DNA from: Ruditapes philippinarum
Taxonomy: Eukaryota
Reading direction: 5' to 3'
NCBI RefSeq assembly: GCF_026571515.1
Contig: NW_026852851.1
Span: forward strand, 62,001-126,000
DNA: 64,000 bases
A program made the translations under genes and the position numbers. This document shows positions 38,932 through 52,339 of the stretch, piece by piece (position 1 is the stretch's first letter; each line of letters starts with the position of its first letter). The notes below the pieces were generated by a model, which was not told the DNA's origin, did no database searches, and worked only from the letters and a program-made list of their open reading frames with translations.

Positions 38932-39373
38932 TTTATCACACACCCGTGCCGATTTTGCAACTCCGTAAATATGGTATTGCACGGGCGTGCATATATTTTG
39001 CCAGAGGCTCGCATAATATAAATTTATTCAACTCGTGCAATAAATTCAGTATTGAACTTAGATCTACACACATTCAATATCCTCTATTTATGCGATCCTC
39101 TGGCGAGCATAGTATTATTTCATTAAACGAGTTCAATAATTTCAGTAATGAACTTACACGAATTTAATATTCTATTTATCACATACCCAAAATAAAGACA
39201 GTTTAAAGTGAAATAAGTGTCATTTTTCCTTGACGCGCCTATAGTATAACGCTAGCATTTAGCGCGTCTTTACACTATGTTTGTAAAAGATTAATGACGT
39301 CACGTCAAAAATATGCACGGCCCTGCAATACCATATTTACGGAGTCGCAAAATCGGCAAGGGTATGTGATAAA
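38932..39373. mobile_element. ~440-bp MITE with ~65-bp TIRs
   Basis: tttatcaca..tgccgattttgc.actccgtaaatatggtattgca / tgcaataccatatttacggagt.gcaaaatcggca..tgtgataaa; related fragments at ~10469-10730 and ~40870-41105. Confidence 0.85.
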
Positions 39374-40580
39374 TACAGGATATTGAATGAGTATATAAAA
39401 TAAACCGGGATCTTCAATACAATATTGTTTTTATGGACGCAAAGCAAAAGACGAGCAAACTGATCTTCCGCTTTGAGCGGAAAGTTCGTTTAAAGTGTAT
39501 AAAGCTATATATCTTCTGTTTGTGGGTCGGAAAAAAACATAATTATATGTTTATATTGTGATTGAAATAAAAATACAATACTAGCGCCTAGAATGAAAGA
39601 AATTGGTCAGATTTTTTTAAATGGAGTTGCTAGATTTTGTTGAGGATGTGTTCATTGAATGCCGCCCTTCCTTTTTAATCTTTGTTTTCATTTATAACTT
39701 CCCGTTTTGTAATAATTAATTGATATATAGAAGCAGCGATATTCTATGGCGTTGTTTCCCTTTTAGTTTATAATGGCTAAATTTCTGCTGATGTATTTAA
39801 GTTGTTTATTAAGCGCCATATTCCCTTCTTTCCAGTTTTCATTTTAACTGGTCTATTTTGCAAAATTATCTTATACCTATATAGATCATCAGAGTTTTAA
39901 AATATTACCAAAAATATTTTTAGAAAAGTATTAGAGTTTGCATCAGTACTATATCTATATTTATATAGTTTTCGAGAGCGACTTAGCCAGCAATGGTCTC
40001 GGGAAAAAACATGGATCTATACCGGCGTTGTAAAATTAGTTTATTTTTGTTTGATTTGTCAACACTGCCTTAAATTAAAATAAGCTGATGAATTTAATTA
40101 AAAGTTGACCAATAGACTACTTCTGCAAATAATTAAAAGTTGTGTATATTTACCCATGTACTCAGCAATTTTATACCAATAAGTTAAAATTGCTTTTAGT
40201 TTCCGCATACCCGTTACACGTAGAGGTCGCCTTGTCAATTTACAGAGCCTGTGAATAAACATTCTTAGTTACCATAAAATGTGCCGGCAGCCAATCCCTA
40301 TTATTACCTGATACCTTATATAAATGTTTTTACTGTTTTCTGATATTCCTAAAACGTCCACGTACGCGAACTGTTGACCGGTCAATAGTGTCGACTGTTT
40401 CCCTCGCGTGCTCTGACGTCATAGTGGATCCCCCCTTGTAGCGTCATAAACCAGGTGTGATGTGACATAGTTAAAAGATTTTTAAAATTTGCAAAGTTTA
40501 TTAGATCTATTAACATATTTGAGAAACTATTTTCTTGTCCTTTTTTTCATCTGCAAGTACTGTGATTAGGTTATGAAAAA

Positions 40581-40747
40581 GTTATTTTACATGTGATTTC
40601 GCAACAGTCAACCACTTGTCCCTCTGTGTTGGGGAAAGTGTTTTGAACTGTTGCCCTCGGCCTACAGCCTTGGGCAACAGTTCAAAACACTATCCCCTCC
40701 ACCTCGGGCCAACAGTTTGACTGTTCCCAAATCACATATGAAATAAC
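40581..40747. repeat. ~165-bp imperfect hairpin (end of an interspersed repeat)
   Basis: agtgttttgaactgttgccc..ggcctacagcc..gggcaacagttcaaaacact, with outer arms gttattt..atgtgattt / aaatcacat..aaataac. Confidence 0.85.
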
Positions 40748-41139
40748 TGTATAATGTTTGGTACCATCCAAACGTTATCACAAAAACTTGTACATGTATA
40801 GATCATATGTGTAATAAACAGCTGGTATTGAATGAGTGCATGCTAAATACAAAATTAAATCAAATTATATTAGCCTCTGGCGAGCATAATGTTATTTTAT
40901 TGAACAAATTCAATCAATTCAGTAATGGACCTACACAAATATAATATTCTATTCATCTCGAAATCGAAGACTGTTTTAAAGGGAGACAGATTTGAGTACA
41001 TAAGATAATTTTGATATTGTTGTCATTAATTTGCCGGAGTATCCCGTGAAAAAGAATCATTTATCATTGAAGCGCCTTTTGTGTAACGCTAACATTTAGC
41101 ACGTCTTTTTTGTTCCGTTTGGACAATCTTGAATTTTTA

Positions 41140-41693
41140 TTTTTATCGTGCCATCGTTTACCATCGCCTTTTAGTCACTTGTATGTAGATAAATCTTAAT
41201 GGGTTGAAGTGCAATGCATTAAGAATCGTCACTCTGCCCTGCATACTTTTGGAGTCATTGCCATTTTACATTTTTACACTTTGAACTTTGTCTGGAACAT
41301 AACTCTGAAACTACAGGAGGTATCAACAAGTAATTTAGTACGTAGATATATCTCATTAAGTAGAAGTGCAGTGTATTAAATCCGTAACTCTGTTTTGTCT
41401 AATTTTGGAGTTATCGCCCTTTTTATTTTTTACACTTTGAAATTTGTTTGGAATATTACTCTGAAACTACATGAGGTATCGACATGTAACTTAGTAGATA
41501 GTTACACCTTATTGTGTAGAAGTGCAGTGCACAAGAACCGTAACTCTGCCTTGTCTTATTTTGGAGGTATATCCCTTTTTACACTTTGTCTTGGACATAA
41601 CTCTGACAACTCTAGGAGATATCAATAAAAAAACTAATTCTCTGTGCGCAAAACCTATTTGGGGAGTATCACCCGCATCGGCCGGCTCTTGTG
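41140..41693 (+). repeat. ~155-bp tandem repeats (about 3), probably the core of a HINE-type element
   Basis: aagtgca.tg..taactctg recurs at ~41208, 41365 and 41520. Confidence 0.6.
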
Positions 41694-42025
41694 TTGTATT
41701 TGTTGAGGACGGTGGGGGCCTTTGTTTATTGAGTAATGTCGCCCCTCCTTGTTGACCATTGTTCTGTTATTTTATATCACGTGTCTTGCTATATACTCTT
41801 TATGATATGGGTAAAGCTAGGTCAGTCATAACGGTCAAGAAATAATGCGCCCAGCACTACTTGGTCCACATTACTTGATATAACACTAGGAGTAGATTCG
41901 GGAGTTATTATTATAAGTTGAAAGAACTTATCAAGGTGACATAAAGATAAAAGATGAAATAAATATGTTTGGACTTATTTTGGAAATAAAAGTTACAAGG
42001 TGACGATCAATCCACTCTCTTTATA

Positions 42026-42031
42026 TTTATT
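42026..42031 (-). promoter_or_regulatory. Candidate polyadenylation signal of DDC
   Basis: AATAAA on the minus strand about 200 nt past the stop. The AT-rich context makes a chance occurrence possible. Confidence 0.4.
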
Positions 42032-42232
42032 ATAAACTTTACATCATGACACAACAAATCACAGTACATCTTTCAATACAGTTCTTGCTGCATTCTTATA
42101 GACACAATAAAATATGGACCTTACCATGTCACGTGGCTCATCTTGCCTCATACTCCGATAAGGCCGCCTATGACTGGTATTTCACCATAAATTCTTCTGA
42201 GATAAAACAAATTATCCTATCACTAATATGCA

Positions 42233-42430
42233 CTACTTTTCGCTACTTAAAATACTTGATGTTACTTCCAGTATAACTTTCCAAGCAAAGGTCATGTCAT
42301 CTGAATTCGTTCTAGAGGCACAGACGGCCAACCGTAGAAAATATGTGTCCTTTACTTTAGACGGCACCATATGTATACGTCCGTCTGCATTTATAGCTTT
42401 CAGTAGCTTTTCATTTATTTCATTTGATTT
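42233..42430 (-). CDS. DDC: DDC last coding exon
   Basis: cag|[68 protein letters not shown]. Confidence 0.96.
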   Translation of the reverse strand, partial: KSNEINEKLLKAINADGRIHMVPSKVKDTYFLRLAVCASRTNSDDMTFAWKVILEVTSSILSSEK

Positions 42431-45400
42431 CTGAAAGAAACGATAAGAAAAACTTATGATGGTTATCTATTTAAAACGGTGCAACCGGGCATGGATTGAA
42501 ACCTTGCATCTACCACAATCGTCCATGTTCAGGCCGGTAATTATTTTTTCGTGTTTGGAGACCTTGTAGATACCATTTTGACTATTTTCATATTTTTTTT
42601 GTCAAAATAGCATCATTAGTATACAATAAATGTACTTGTCTTACGTTACTGTCACAAAAGCAAAAGATTCCCGCGTCAAAATTTTCAGACGATCAAATCT
42701 AGCAGACGTCATTTAAATTACTTGAATAAATGGCTCTTATTATTTCCCAAAGAATATATTGATGTAAAAATAAACTTTTTTTGCGACAGGATGAATGGAG
42801 TGCAGTAGAAAGAAAATGGCAATTTCGATTGATTTATTCATTAAAGTATCAAGAAATAGACTTACCTTAAGTCTAAAACAAACTAGGCCCATAACAACCT
42901 TGCCAAAGATTTCAAACCTGTCGTCATTTCTTACAAGAGCCTCAAACTCATGCGCTAACCTAACGTCCTAAAATGTAATACATTTCATAATAAGACAAAC
43001 AAATGGAATCAGTGATGTATGGTTTAACAGAGTCACGTACGTTTTCAAACCTTGTACAAATTTTTGGTATCAAAATCTCACGTACGTTTTCAGAACCAGT
43101 CAAACGTATAAAATCAGTGATTTATGGTGTCACAGCGTCACGTACGTTTTCAGAACCAGTCAAACGTATGAAATCAGTAATTTTTGGTATCACAACACCA
43201 CATAATTTTAATTTTTTCAGATCCAATATCAAACTTATACCATCGGTGATTTATGATGACGCAGCGTCACCTAGTAGTAGGCTACGTTTTCAGAACCAGT
43301 CAAACAAATGGAATCAGTAATTTATGGTGTCATAGCGTCACGTTAGTTTCAGGGCCGGTTAAACGTATGGAATCAATGATTTATATCATCACAACGTCAC
43401 GTAAAATTTCAGATGAAGGGGAAAATTGTAGTGAATGTAATACTTTCTTGCATATCAGACATGGATTTTCTATTGATTTCACGGTGCTTGAAAATATTAT
43501 TATTTGTTACCCCCATTTTACGTGTACAATGTGCCACGTAATTTATAATGATGCCATTTCGGAGCAATTTTAAGAATGATTTGCCTGCGTTAGACCTCCG
43601 GATCACTTTGTTTTGTCTTTCTTACGGATATAACATGAATCAACTAGTATGTCATGTGTAAAGCACTATAAAGGGTCATTGGTCGAAAGTCTCAGAGTAG
43701 TACATTAAATTCGCCATCTTTCACACATCGTTAAGGATTTGACATAAAATATTTGAAATCACTTTCTATATTCGAATGTGTATCTTGTAAAGGACAATGC
43801 ATTTGAAACAAAAGATTATTTAGTACCTTTCGTATATATTCCTGGAGACCTTTTTGTCCATACATTCTCAAAACAAACCATAATTTCAATGATCTAAACC
43901 TCCTTCCGAGTGGTATATGCCAATGCTGTAGTTAGAATAAATGAGAATAATTGAGCCGCGCCATGACAAAACCAACATAGTGCGTTTGCGACCAGCATGA
44001 ATCCAGACCAGCCTTCGCATCCGCGCAATCTGATCAGGATCCATGCTGTTCGCTATCAGTTTCTCTACTTGTAATAGGGTTTGTAAGCGAACAGCATGGA
44101 TCCTGATCAGACTGCGCGGATGCGCAGGCTGGTCTAGATCTATGCTGGTCACAAACTCACTATGTTGGTTGTGTCGTGACGCGGCTCAAATAAAGATAAA
44201 ACAAAATAAAACAACTAATGACAATGGACAAATAAAAAAGCTGTCATGCTCATCATATATTACTTCTTTGGCTTGTATTATTGTAATAAGCGTCGATGTA
44301 ACCAAAAGTAAAATCCAAATCTGTGTCACCTAGCCATATTAAAAACAAATACATGACACGGAAAGTTACGATGATAGCCGAATACAAACACAGATTTTTG
44401 CCTGTGAAATGATTGAATTTAAATCATTTAGAAAGGTCAACAGTTACATGCTTCTGTTTGCAGTAATTAAAATAACATCAAAGGCTTTTAATTGCAGGAA
44501 AAAATATACAAACTTCACAAGGAAAAAGACAAAGTACAAAACGGCTCAAAAACACCCTAGCAAGGCTTTCATTAATAGAAGTTTGGGAGTCATTTACTGA
44601 TTTAAGCTTGAGACTTTCAAAATCTAATAGTTTCCTTCTTTACCAATAAAATGTAAATTCCAATATTAGATTTGACTTCTAAATTTTCAAAATTAATGTA
44701 AACCCTGACTTAAGCCAAAATGATTCACATTAAAACACACATTTTATATTTTCGACGCTTATTTGAGTAATAACTAATTATCTCACAGGCTCTTTTAGTT
44801 AGCAAACGAAATTTGACTGTTTTTCTTTTGTTACTTTTTCATTTTTTATTTATTTGTTCTCATTTATGATTATTATTACAAGTTTAAAAAATGATATAAT
44901 TTACCCTATAATCCGGCATTTTGCCTTGATTGTCATGTTTCAAGTAGAGGGGGTCGACGTTGAATGCTTCACTTATTAGATCACTGTTTTTAACCCTGTA
45001 ATGTGAATAAAATAAAGCGAATAAATGTAAAGCGAATAAATTTTACGTCGTACCAACACTTTACAGGTAATGTGGCGACTGCCTAGCTTTGCTAGCTGAG
45101 GAAGACCTCGGATGTCCATTCGTGCATTTTTTTAGGCATGAGCGTGTATCTGAGTAGAACCATCGACGTTCCTCGGTCCGTTCGAGATAAACATAAACAT
45201 GTTTTCACTAGTTCAAAGGGTTATGAGTAATACCATTTCTTTACAAATACATAGATTCTTATAAAGATATATATATGATTAAACTGCACATCTCGAAATC
45301 GTTGTCATAGACATTTTATGCTCATCCTTGCCTTACATAATATGTTATCACAGAAATTTATTGAAATCTATGTAACTCTTAGCGATGTCCAATTTGAATA

Positions 45401-48400
45401 ACAGACTGAATAAATTCTGTATTGGAAGCTGCGTTTCCCATTATAAGGTCAAGTAAAATTGGTCTTTTTTTTAAACTGCCAGTTTTTTTAATGACAATAT
45501 ATATTCATATTGTAACCACCTATAGTGTTTACAATTTCAAACACAACATATCCAATTTGTATGAAGTTAATTAAAACATGTTTATTTTGTTTTCACAAAG
45601 AGACTGTGTATCAATTATAAATATTTTCAAATATGAAATTTGAGCATAGTATATATTTAAATAATTTTCATTATTTATACATGGAATATTTCTATCTAAC
45701 TTAGGTAATAGCAACATGTACAAACCGTATACTTACCACATTGCAGAGCAATCAAAGTTCACGTTCAGCCATTTATGAGGGTTAAAATTAAACGATTCAG
45801 CATACTGAAATTTACCAAATTACAATTAATGCTTTTTACTGCAACAAAAGTTAAAGGCACATTATGCCTCAGAAACAAATAGAAAATTGAGCCGTGTCAC
45901 GACAAAACCGACATAATGGGTTTGCCACCAGCATGGATCCAGACCAGCCTGCGCATCCGCGCAGTCTGATCAGGATCCATACTTTTCGCTATCAGTTTCT
46001 CTACTTGTTATAGAGTTGGTAAGCGAACAGCATGGATCCTGATCAGACTGTGCGGATGCGCAGGCTGGTCTGAATCTATGCTGGTCGCAAACCCATTATG
46101 TTGGTTTTGTCGTGACGCGGCTCAAATGTTTCCTTCTCTAGCAAGTGTAAACATAAGTTTTATAACGTTAATTTAATTGTTTTAGATCATGTTAGATGCT
46201 TATCACCTGGAGAAAATGGTGCTGAATATGCAAAATTATTTGTCATAAAAAGCAGTATGTAAATAAAGCAGTTTTAAAGCGTCCATACGAAATACTAAAT
46301 CACTATAACTGTACGAAACAGAAGAGAAAGATGGTTCAAGTAAATGGCCAATGAATAAAATAGAATTACTTGTTTTAGTAAAAGATCCATGTCGCGACCC
46401 CTGGAGTTGTTTCGGAAACCCCCGCACATACGCTAGGCGTATACGTTTGCTAATTAAAGTGAAGTTTCCTAAATTCCTATACAATATTGTTCAATTACGA
46501 TCAGTGAATTAAACGTTTGTGACAAAACAAATGTAAAAAGATTTTCATTATGTCACACGGATGTTTGGTTTCTTTATTATAGTAAATAACTTTTATTTCG
46601 AACTCTTTGACAGTTTTCCCGACTGTTAGAATCTGGCAAAAGAATAGGGGACAGTTTTCAATTTGTTTTTACTGAAAATGATACAAAAATAATATATTTG
46701 GAATATACATCATCTTATTTCCACCGAATCAAAGCAAAAATGCTACATGTGATATCTTAACCTAGGTATGTTTTTATCTCAGTAAAGATTACAGTCAGGT
46801 ACATTCCATTGCCCGTGAATAGTATTCAGCGAATGCTTATTTTCATCATACGTATTTATGAGTGAGTTTTGTTGGGCGGAATTGCCGTGAGAGTTATACC
46901 TGAACACCGTCTAACATTGGCCTGAATTCTGGACAGATGAACGCACTTCCGGCATATGCAGCGTCTATATGCATCCATATCCCTTCTTTTTCACCTATAT
47001 AATAAATAATAGAAACTATGATGTAATTTGTTTTTGTATTTTTTATTACTAATTCTTATATATTTATAGCGAGCTCGACGAGCTGGCCCGAAGGGCCTGC
47101 TCGCAAAGCGAGCTTTACGGTAACGCGAGTACCTGCTAAGTGATGGTTTTGAAAACTTTCGTCCAAAGTACCGAATTGGACACATCGCAACCTTTCGAAT
47201 TTTAAGATAACGATAAAAACTGAGGAATTCTGACTGAAAACGGATGTGTAGACTGGTCACCCGCGCACGTCTATGGGAACCATAATTGGGCAGGGAACCA
47301 GAATAACGGAAGCTGTGTATAAAAAGTGAAAATCGAAGGCGCCATTTTGTTTGAAATCTGATAAATAAAAACAATTTTTTGTCGAATTTTGTTGTGAAAA
47401 CTATCTAGAATGAAAGAAAATGGTCTAACTAAGAAAATGAATCCGAACACCAATATCTTTTATTCAGTTGTTAACGCTGTACAGACGTTTAAAGTATTGT
47501 TTACGTGACGTCACAATGTAGCGCGAAACAGCACGTGCAAAACAAACAAATCAAGTACGCTATTTTTATGTCGCAAACGTTTTAAGTTTTACATTTATTT
47601 CACTTTAAATAATCTTTATTTCGCTTGAAAAATTATAGAGTGAAATAAAATAAACAAAGTTTTATCAACGTTTTCAAAACTCGTTATTCATTTCACGACA
47701 GGGGCGGAGCCATATTTAACACACAGTACGTGTGACGTCACACGCAATCGTCACTGCATTTGAAATAAAAATGAGCGATTATTTCATACTATTTCACGTA
47801 AAAAGTACATCCAGCTCGCTTTGAGGCTTTGCCTTTTTCATATTATTTTTAATTACATTAAATTGTATTTATTTTTGTATTTATTTATGTATTGACTTAC
47901 TGAAAATTCTGATATTTGTAATTATTTTTTACCCAGAATACATTAATATGAAAAAGGCAAAGCCTCAAAGCGAGCTCGATGTACTTGTATGAAAGCTCAT
48001 TTTTATTTCAAATGCAGTGACGAGTGCGCGTGACGTCACACGTACTGTGTTTACACGTTTACGACATTAAATTTGTTTGTTTTGCACGTGCTGTTTGGCG
48101 CTACGTTGTGACGTCACGTAAACAATACTTTAAACGTCTGTACAGCGTTAACGACTGAATAAAAGATATTGGTGTTCGGATTCATTTTCTTAGTTAGACC
48201 ATTTTCTTTCATTCTAGATAGCTTTCACAACAAAATTTGACCAAAAAAATTGTTTTTATTTATCAGATTTCAAACAAAATGGCGCCTTCGAATTTCATTT
48301 TTTATACACAGCTTCCGTTATTCTGGTTCCCTGTCCAATTAAGGTTTCCATAGACGTGCGCGGGTGACCAGTCTACACATCCGTTTTCAGTCAGAATTCC

Positions 48401-51400
48401 TCAGTTTTTATCGTTATCTTTAAATTCGAAAGGTTGCGATGTGTCCAATTCGGTTCTTTGGACGAAAGTTTTCAAAACCATCACTTAGTCAGGTACTCGC
48501 GTTACCGTAAAGCTCGCTCTGCGAAAGCAGTGCCCTTCGGGCCAGCCTCGTCGAGCCGCTTATAACATGCCGTTATATACATGTTATCTACTTACAAAAC
48601 CATCCCTAGTTCTAGAGTGTTTATCACAAGGCACAGCAAATTTGTGGTTCCCTATTGTGTGCACAAACCCCTGTAAAATAAGAGCAAAAGTGTTGAACCC
48701 ACTTTTATGTCCAATAATTATAAAAAAAAATCTCAAAATTCACAAAAAGTAGCAAATATACTGTTAGAAAATGAGATAAAAATACATCGTATTTGAATAA
48801 GAAACAGTAAAGTCGCAATAATTTGATTTGCACATGAGAGGGTCATCTGCAATTTGAACTCGTATACCTTTTTCTAAAACTAAGAACCTTTGTTACTTTA
48901 AACAAAGACCAAAACACTAAAGAAAAATTTTCAAAGGGGAAAAAAAAAACCCCCTCGTGGCATTCCGAGTTTAAAAATTTTGAAAACCCCCCTTTTAAAA
49001 AATATTTTAAGCCTTACAAATTTTTTCTTGTTAAAAATTTTCAAATTTTTTACAGCCCCAAAGGGAAAGAACTTCTATATCTAACCAAATTCCCCAGGGA
49101 TTTTAAATTTAAATTTCTTTTAAATTAAAATCCATGATTTCCTCGAGCATTTTTCACCTTTGGGCCCTTTGTGTGTGCCTTGACCAAAATCTTGCCCTTT
49201 GGTCTTTAGTCGTTTTAAAGCGTTGATTCTTCAAAAAAATTTTACTAGTTTTTAAAATTTTTCCAGTAAAAAATTTCTTTAAACATAAGTTTTTTACATT
49301 ACTTACAAATACGAAAAAGCCTTGGCCGTATTTTTTGGTTAAAGGGACCCTTGCAATGTTTGGGAACCCTCGAAAACGCATGTTCGCGCAGGGGGAATGA
49401 AACCCCATTTTGAGGGAAACCCCAAATTAACCCCGCTCTTTCTCCCGGGAACGATTACGAAAAAAAGAAAAAAAGTTGTAGTATTTTCCAAAAATTTGTT
49501 TTAGGAGTCGGGTAATAAAATTGTTTGTTTTCCCTTTTTTACCCCGGTTTTTTTAACCCCGCAGGGGCCTTTAAAAAACTGTTTTTGTTTCAGTTCTATA
49601 TATGGGAAACGTTTGACCAGTATTTTTAAACCCCGGGTCGGATAAAAAAAAAATAAATAACATAGAAACAGGGGGGTAAATTATAAAAAATGAGCCCAAA
49701 AATTTTTATTTTTTAGGGTTTAATTAAAAAGAAAAATTTTTGGTCTTTAAGTAATGCTGTAAATCCATAAAAAATTTAAAATCTATTTTAAATTTTGCCC
49801 AAAGAGGATCTGAAAAAATTAACGCTTTAATAAAATTTATCCCATTAAAAAATGCCCGAATTTGTTTTTTTTTATTTTGTTTTCGTTAAAATTTTTGTCT
49901 TTTTGACAGAAACCAAAAGGGAGCTGAAAGCCAAAAATTTTAAATTTTAATTTTCCCCCATTTTCTAGATTTTTTCGGGGTTTGATCTTTTTGTATTTGA
50001 AAAATTTCTCGGCACGGCAGAAAAAACAAGGCAACCAGGTGCTTCACTCGCTTTTACCTTAAGGGAAAAAAAAAAGTAAAACCGGGTTTTAACATAAAAT
50101 GCCAAATGATTTTTACTAGTACATTACGCCATGGGGGAACACGGCTTTTTGGGCTTTTTCCTTGCATTTTTAAAAAAATCAGAAACGTTCAATCCCAAAA
50201 GAATTTTTAATAAGTTTTCCTTTGGATATTTTTTGCATCGAAAAAATGACCTTCGGGACATACTTAACACAAAAATTAAAAAATTTGTTTTTCCTTTATC
50301 CCAAATTTAGTGGGGGAAAATTTCCCTTTTTGGGGCTTTGGGTATCCCCCTTTTCCATTTTCCTAAACTTTTTCTTAAAAGGATTTTGCCATTTGTTTTG
50401 GGAAAATCCATTATTAGAAAAATTTAATTTTGATCTTACCCCTATAAAATTTTAAATCACGCTTTGATAATGTGAAATATAAAATCCCAATTTCCCTTGG
50501 AATTTAACTCCGCCCCCTTTTCCCAGAGGCCCCGGAAGGGGAACCCCTCCGGAAATCTAAAAATTTTCCCCAGCCATTTAAGAACAACCCCCTCAAGCCC
50601 TTTTAAAAGCAGTTTTGAACCCCGGGAACCAGAAAAAAAAATTTGAAACAAATAAATAGTTTTTTGAGCCGGGGCCACGACAAAACCCAACATAGTGCGT
50701 TTGCGACCAGCATGGATCCAGACCAGCTTGCGCATCCGGCGCAGTCTGATGAGGATCCATGTTTTTCGCTATCAGTTTCTCTACTTGTAATAGGGTTGTT
50801 AAGCGAAACAGCATGGATCCTGATCAGACTGCGCGGATGTGCAGGCTTGGTCTGGATCCATGCTGGTTGCAAACGCACTATGTTGGTTTTGTCGTGACGC
50901 GGCTCATTTATGGTTTAATAGTTTTCTTTACTGAGCAAAACAGTTTGGTATAGTTGCATTATTATGCAAAACATTAACACCAAACCTTTTTAATTTGGGT
51001 AATGGAATAGTCCAGCTTCCGTTTTCGGAACTGTCCATTATCATTTTGGGTGATATCAGGTACGCATATTATACGTACCTGGTGATTTCAAAATTGGTCA
51101 GTCTGGCCAGATTGTACAGATATGTCGTCTGATAGCAAAAGCTAATCGCTTCCGGTTCAAAAAGGTTAAAGGTTACGTATGCATATTCATTATCAATTAA
51201 CGCAGCATACCTCCAGATCATGAAATCTTTAAAGAATGCATTTAAAAGTGAAATATTGTGAGTTTAACTAATTATTTTAATGCAACATTCACTTATAAAC
51301 TGATATTTATAGTATTTAATTCTTATACTTCTAAAGTAAATTATAATGTATTTAAAAGAATGCATAAAAACGCATTTAAGATCCAATGTTTTCTCTATTA

Positions 51401-52308
51401 AAAATCAAAGACAAAAACCATAACAACAGAAAAAGCAACAAAAAAAATACGAAAAATACGAGGAACACAATAAAAAAACTCAATAAAAATGCTAACAAAT
51501 CAAAAAGTGATCAAAATTTTTTACGATCACCGTGTCATTTTAAGTTTTACGTACCTTAATAAAAGTTTTTTCAACAAATTCTCTGATCGTTTCTTTCTTT
51601 CATTCTCCTCCCCCACCTCACACACCCCCTTTTAGCAATTTCGTTTCATTTATTGTATAGTGTCACTAATATCACTAATATACAAATGTAATTATGTTTT
51701 TAAGTATAGAAACTATAGAGTTTTCGGCACTTTTACACTTAAATTATCTTCATCAAAAACGGGGCAGAATAATATGAACTTTACAATGCTCTTTATAAAA
51801 TTTAATGTTTTTGCTTGTTTTAAAGGAACTCCACTGAGGTTTATAAGCCTAAAAACATAAAAACTTAATTTTCACATAGATAAACATTAGCACTTAAAAC
51901 AGAAATATGAATAGAATATAAATAAAAAATATACCAGACATAGTTACATTAAAAATCATATCTTATTGCTATGCTCAGTCCGATTTGAGTTAAAAGCGTT
52001 TAAACGCTTTTCAATTCTTGGTCATTTTCACTTTAATAACAATTATTCTGGAAAAACGGAACGAGCTAATGATCTGATATTTTGCACATAAGTTATTAGT
52101 ATAGATCTACATTAAATGGAGTAATAATCTCAAAAAATATTTGCAGCCCCATCATATCAAAAAACCTCAGTGGAGTCCTTTTAAAGTTCTTACCCAAGTA
52201 AAACCTATACAGCCAATAGAATCGGACAGGATATCTGCTATAGTAGACGTATAAGAATTCGCAGCTGCATAATAGGCATGGAAATTGGGATGTTGCCAAT
52301 GTGTTACC

Positions 52309-52339
<31 letters not shown>

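Larger units (their letters stand above)
48560..50900. other. Low-quality, homopolymer-inflated sequence (similar stretches at ~22590-23020 and ~53800-55100)
   Basis: Excess A/T/G/C runs. At 22590-23020 the paralogous clean copies show the underlying sequence without these runs. Confidence 0.85.

Noticed and set aside
46991-47374. Arg-rich 127-aa ORF
   Set aside because: It lies in the arm of the foldback element and has no recognisable domain.
49440-49460. Asn at DDC position 192 (DHPAA-synthase signature)
   Set aside because: The sequence here is too garbled to read the codon.
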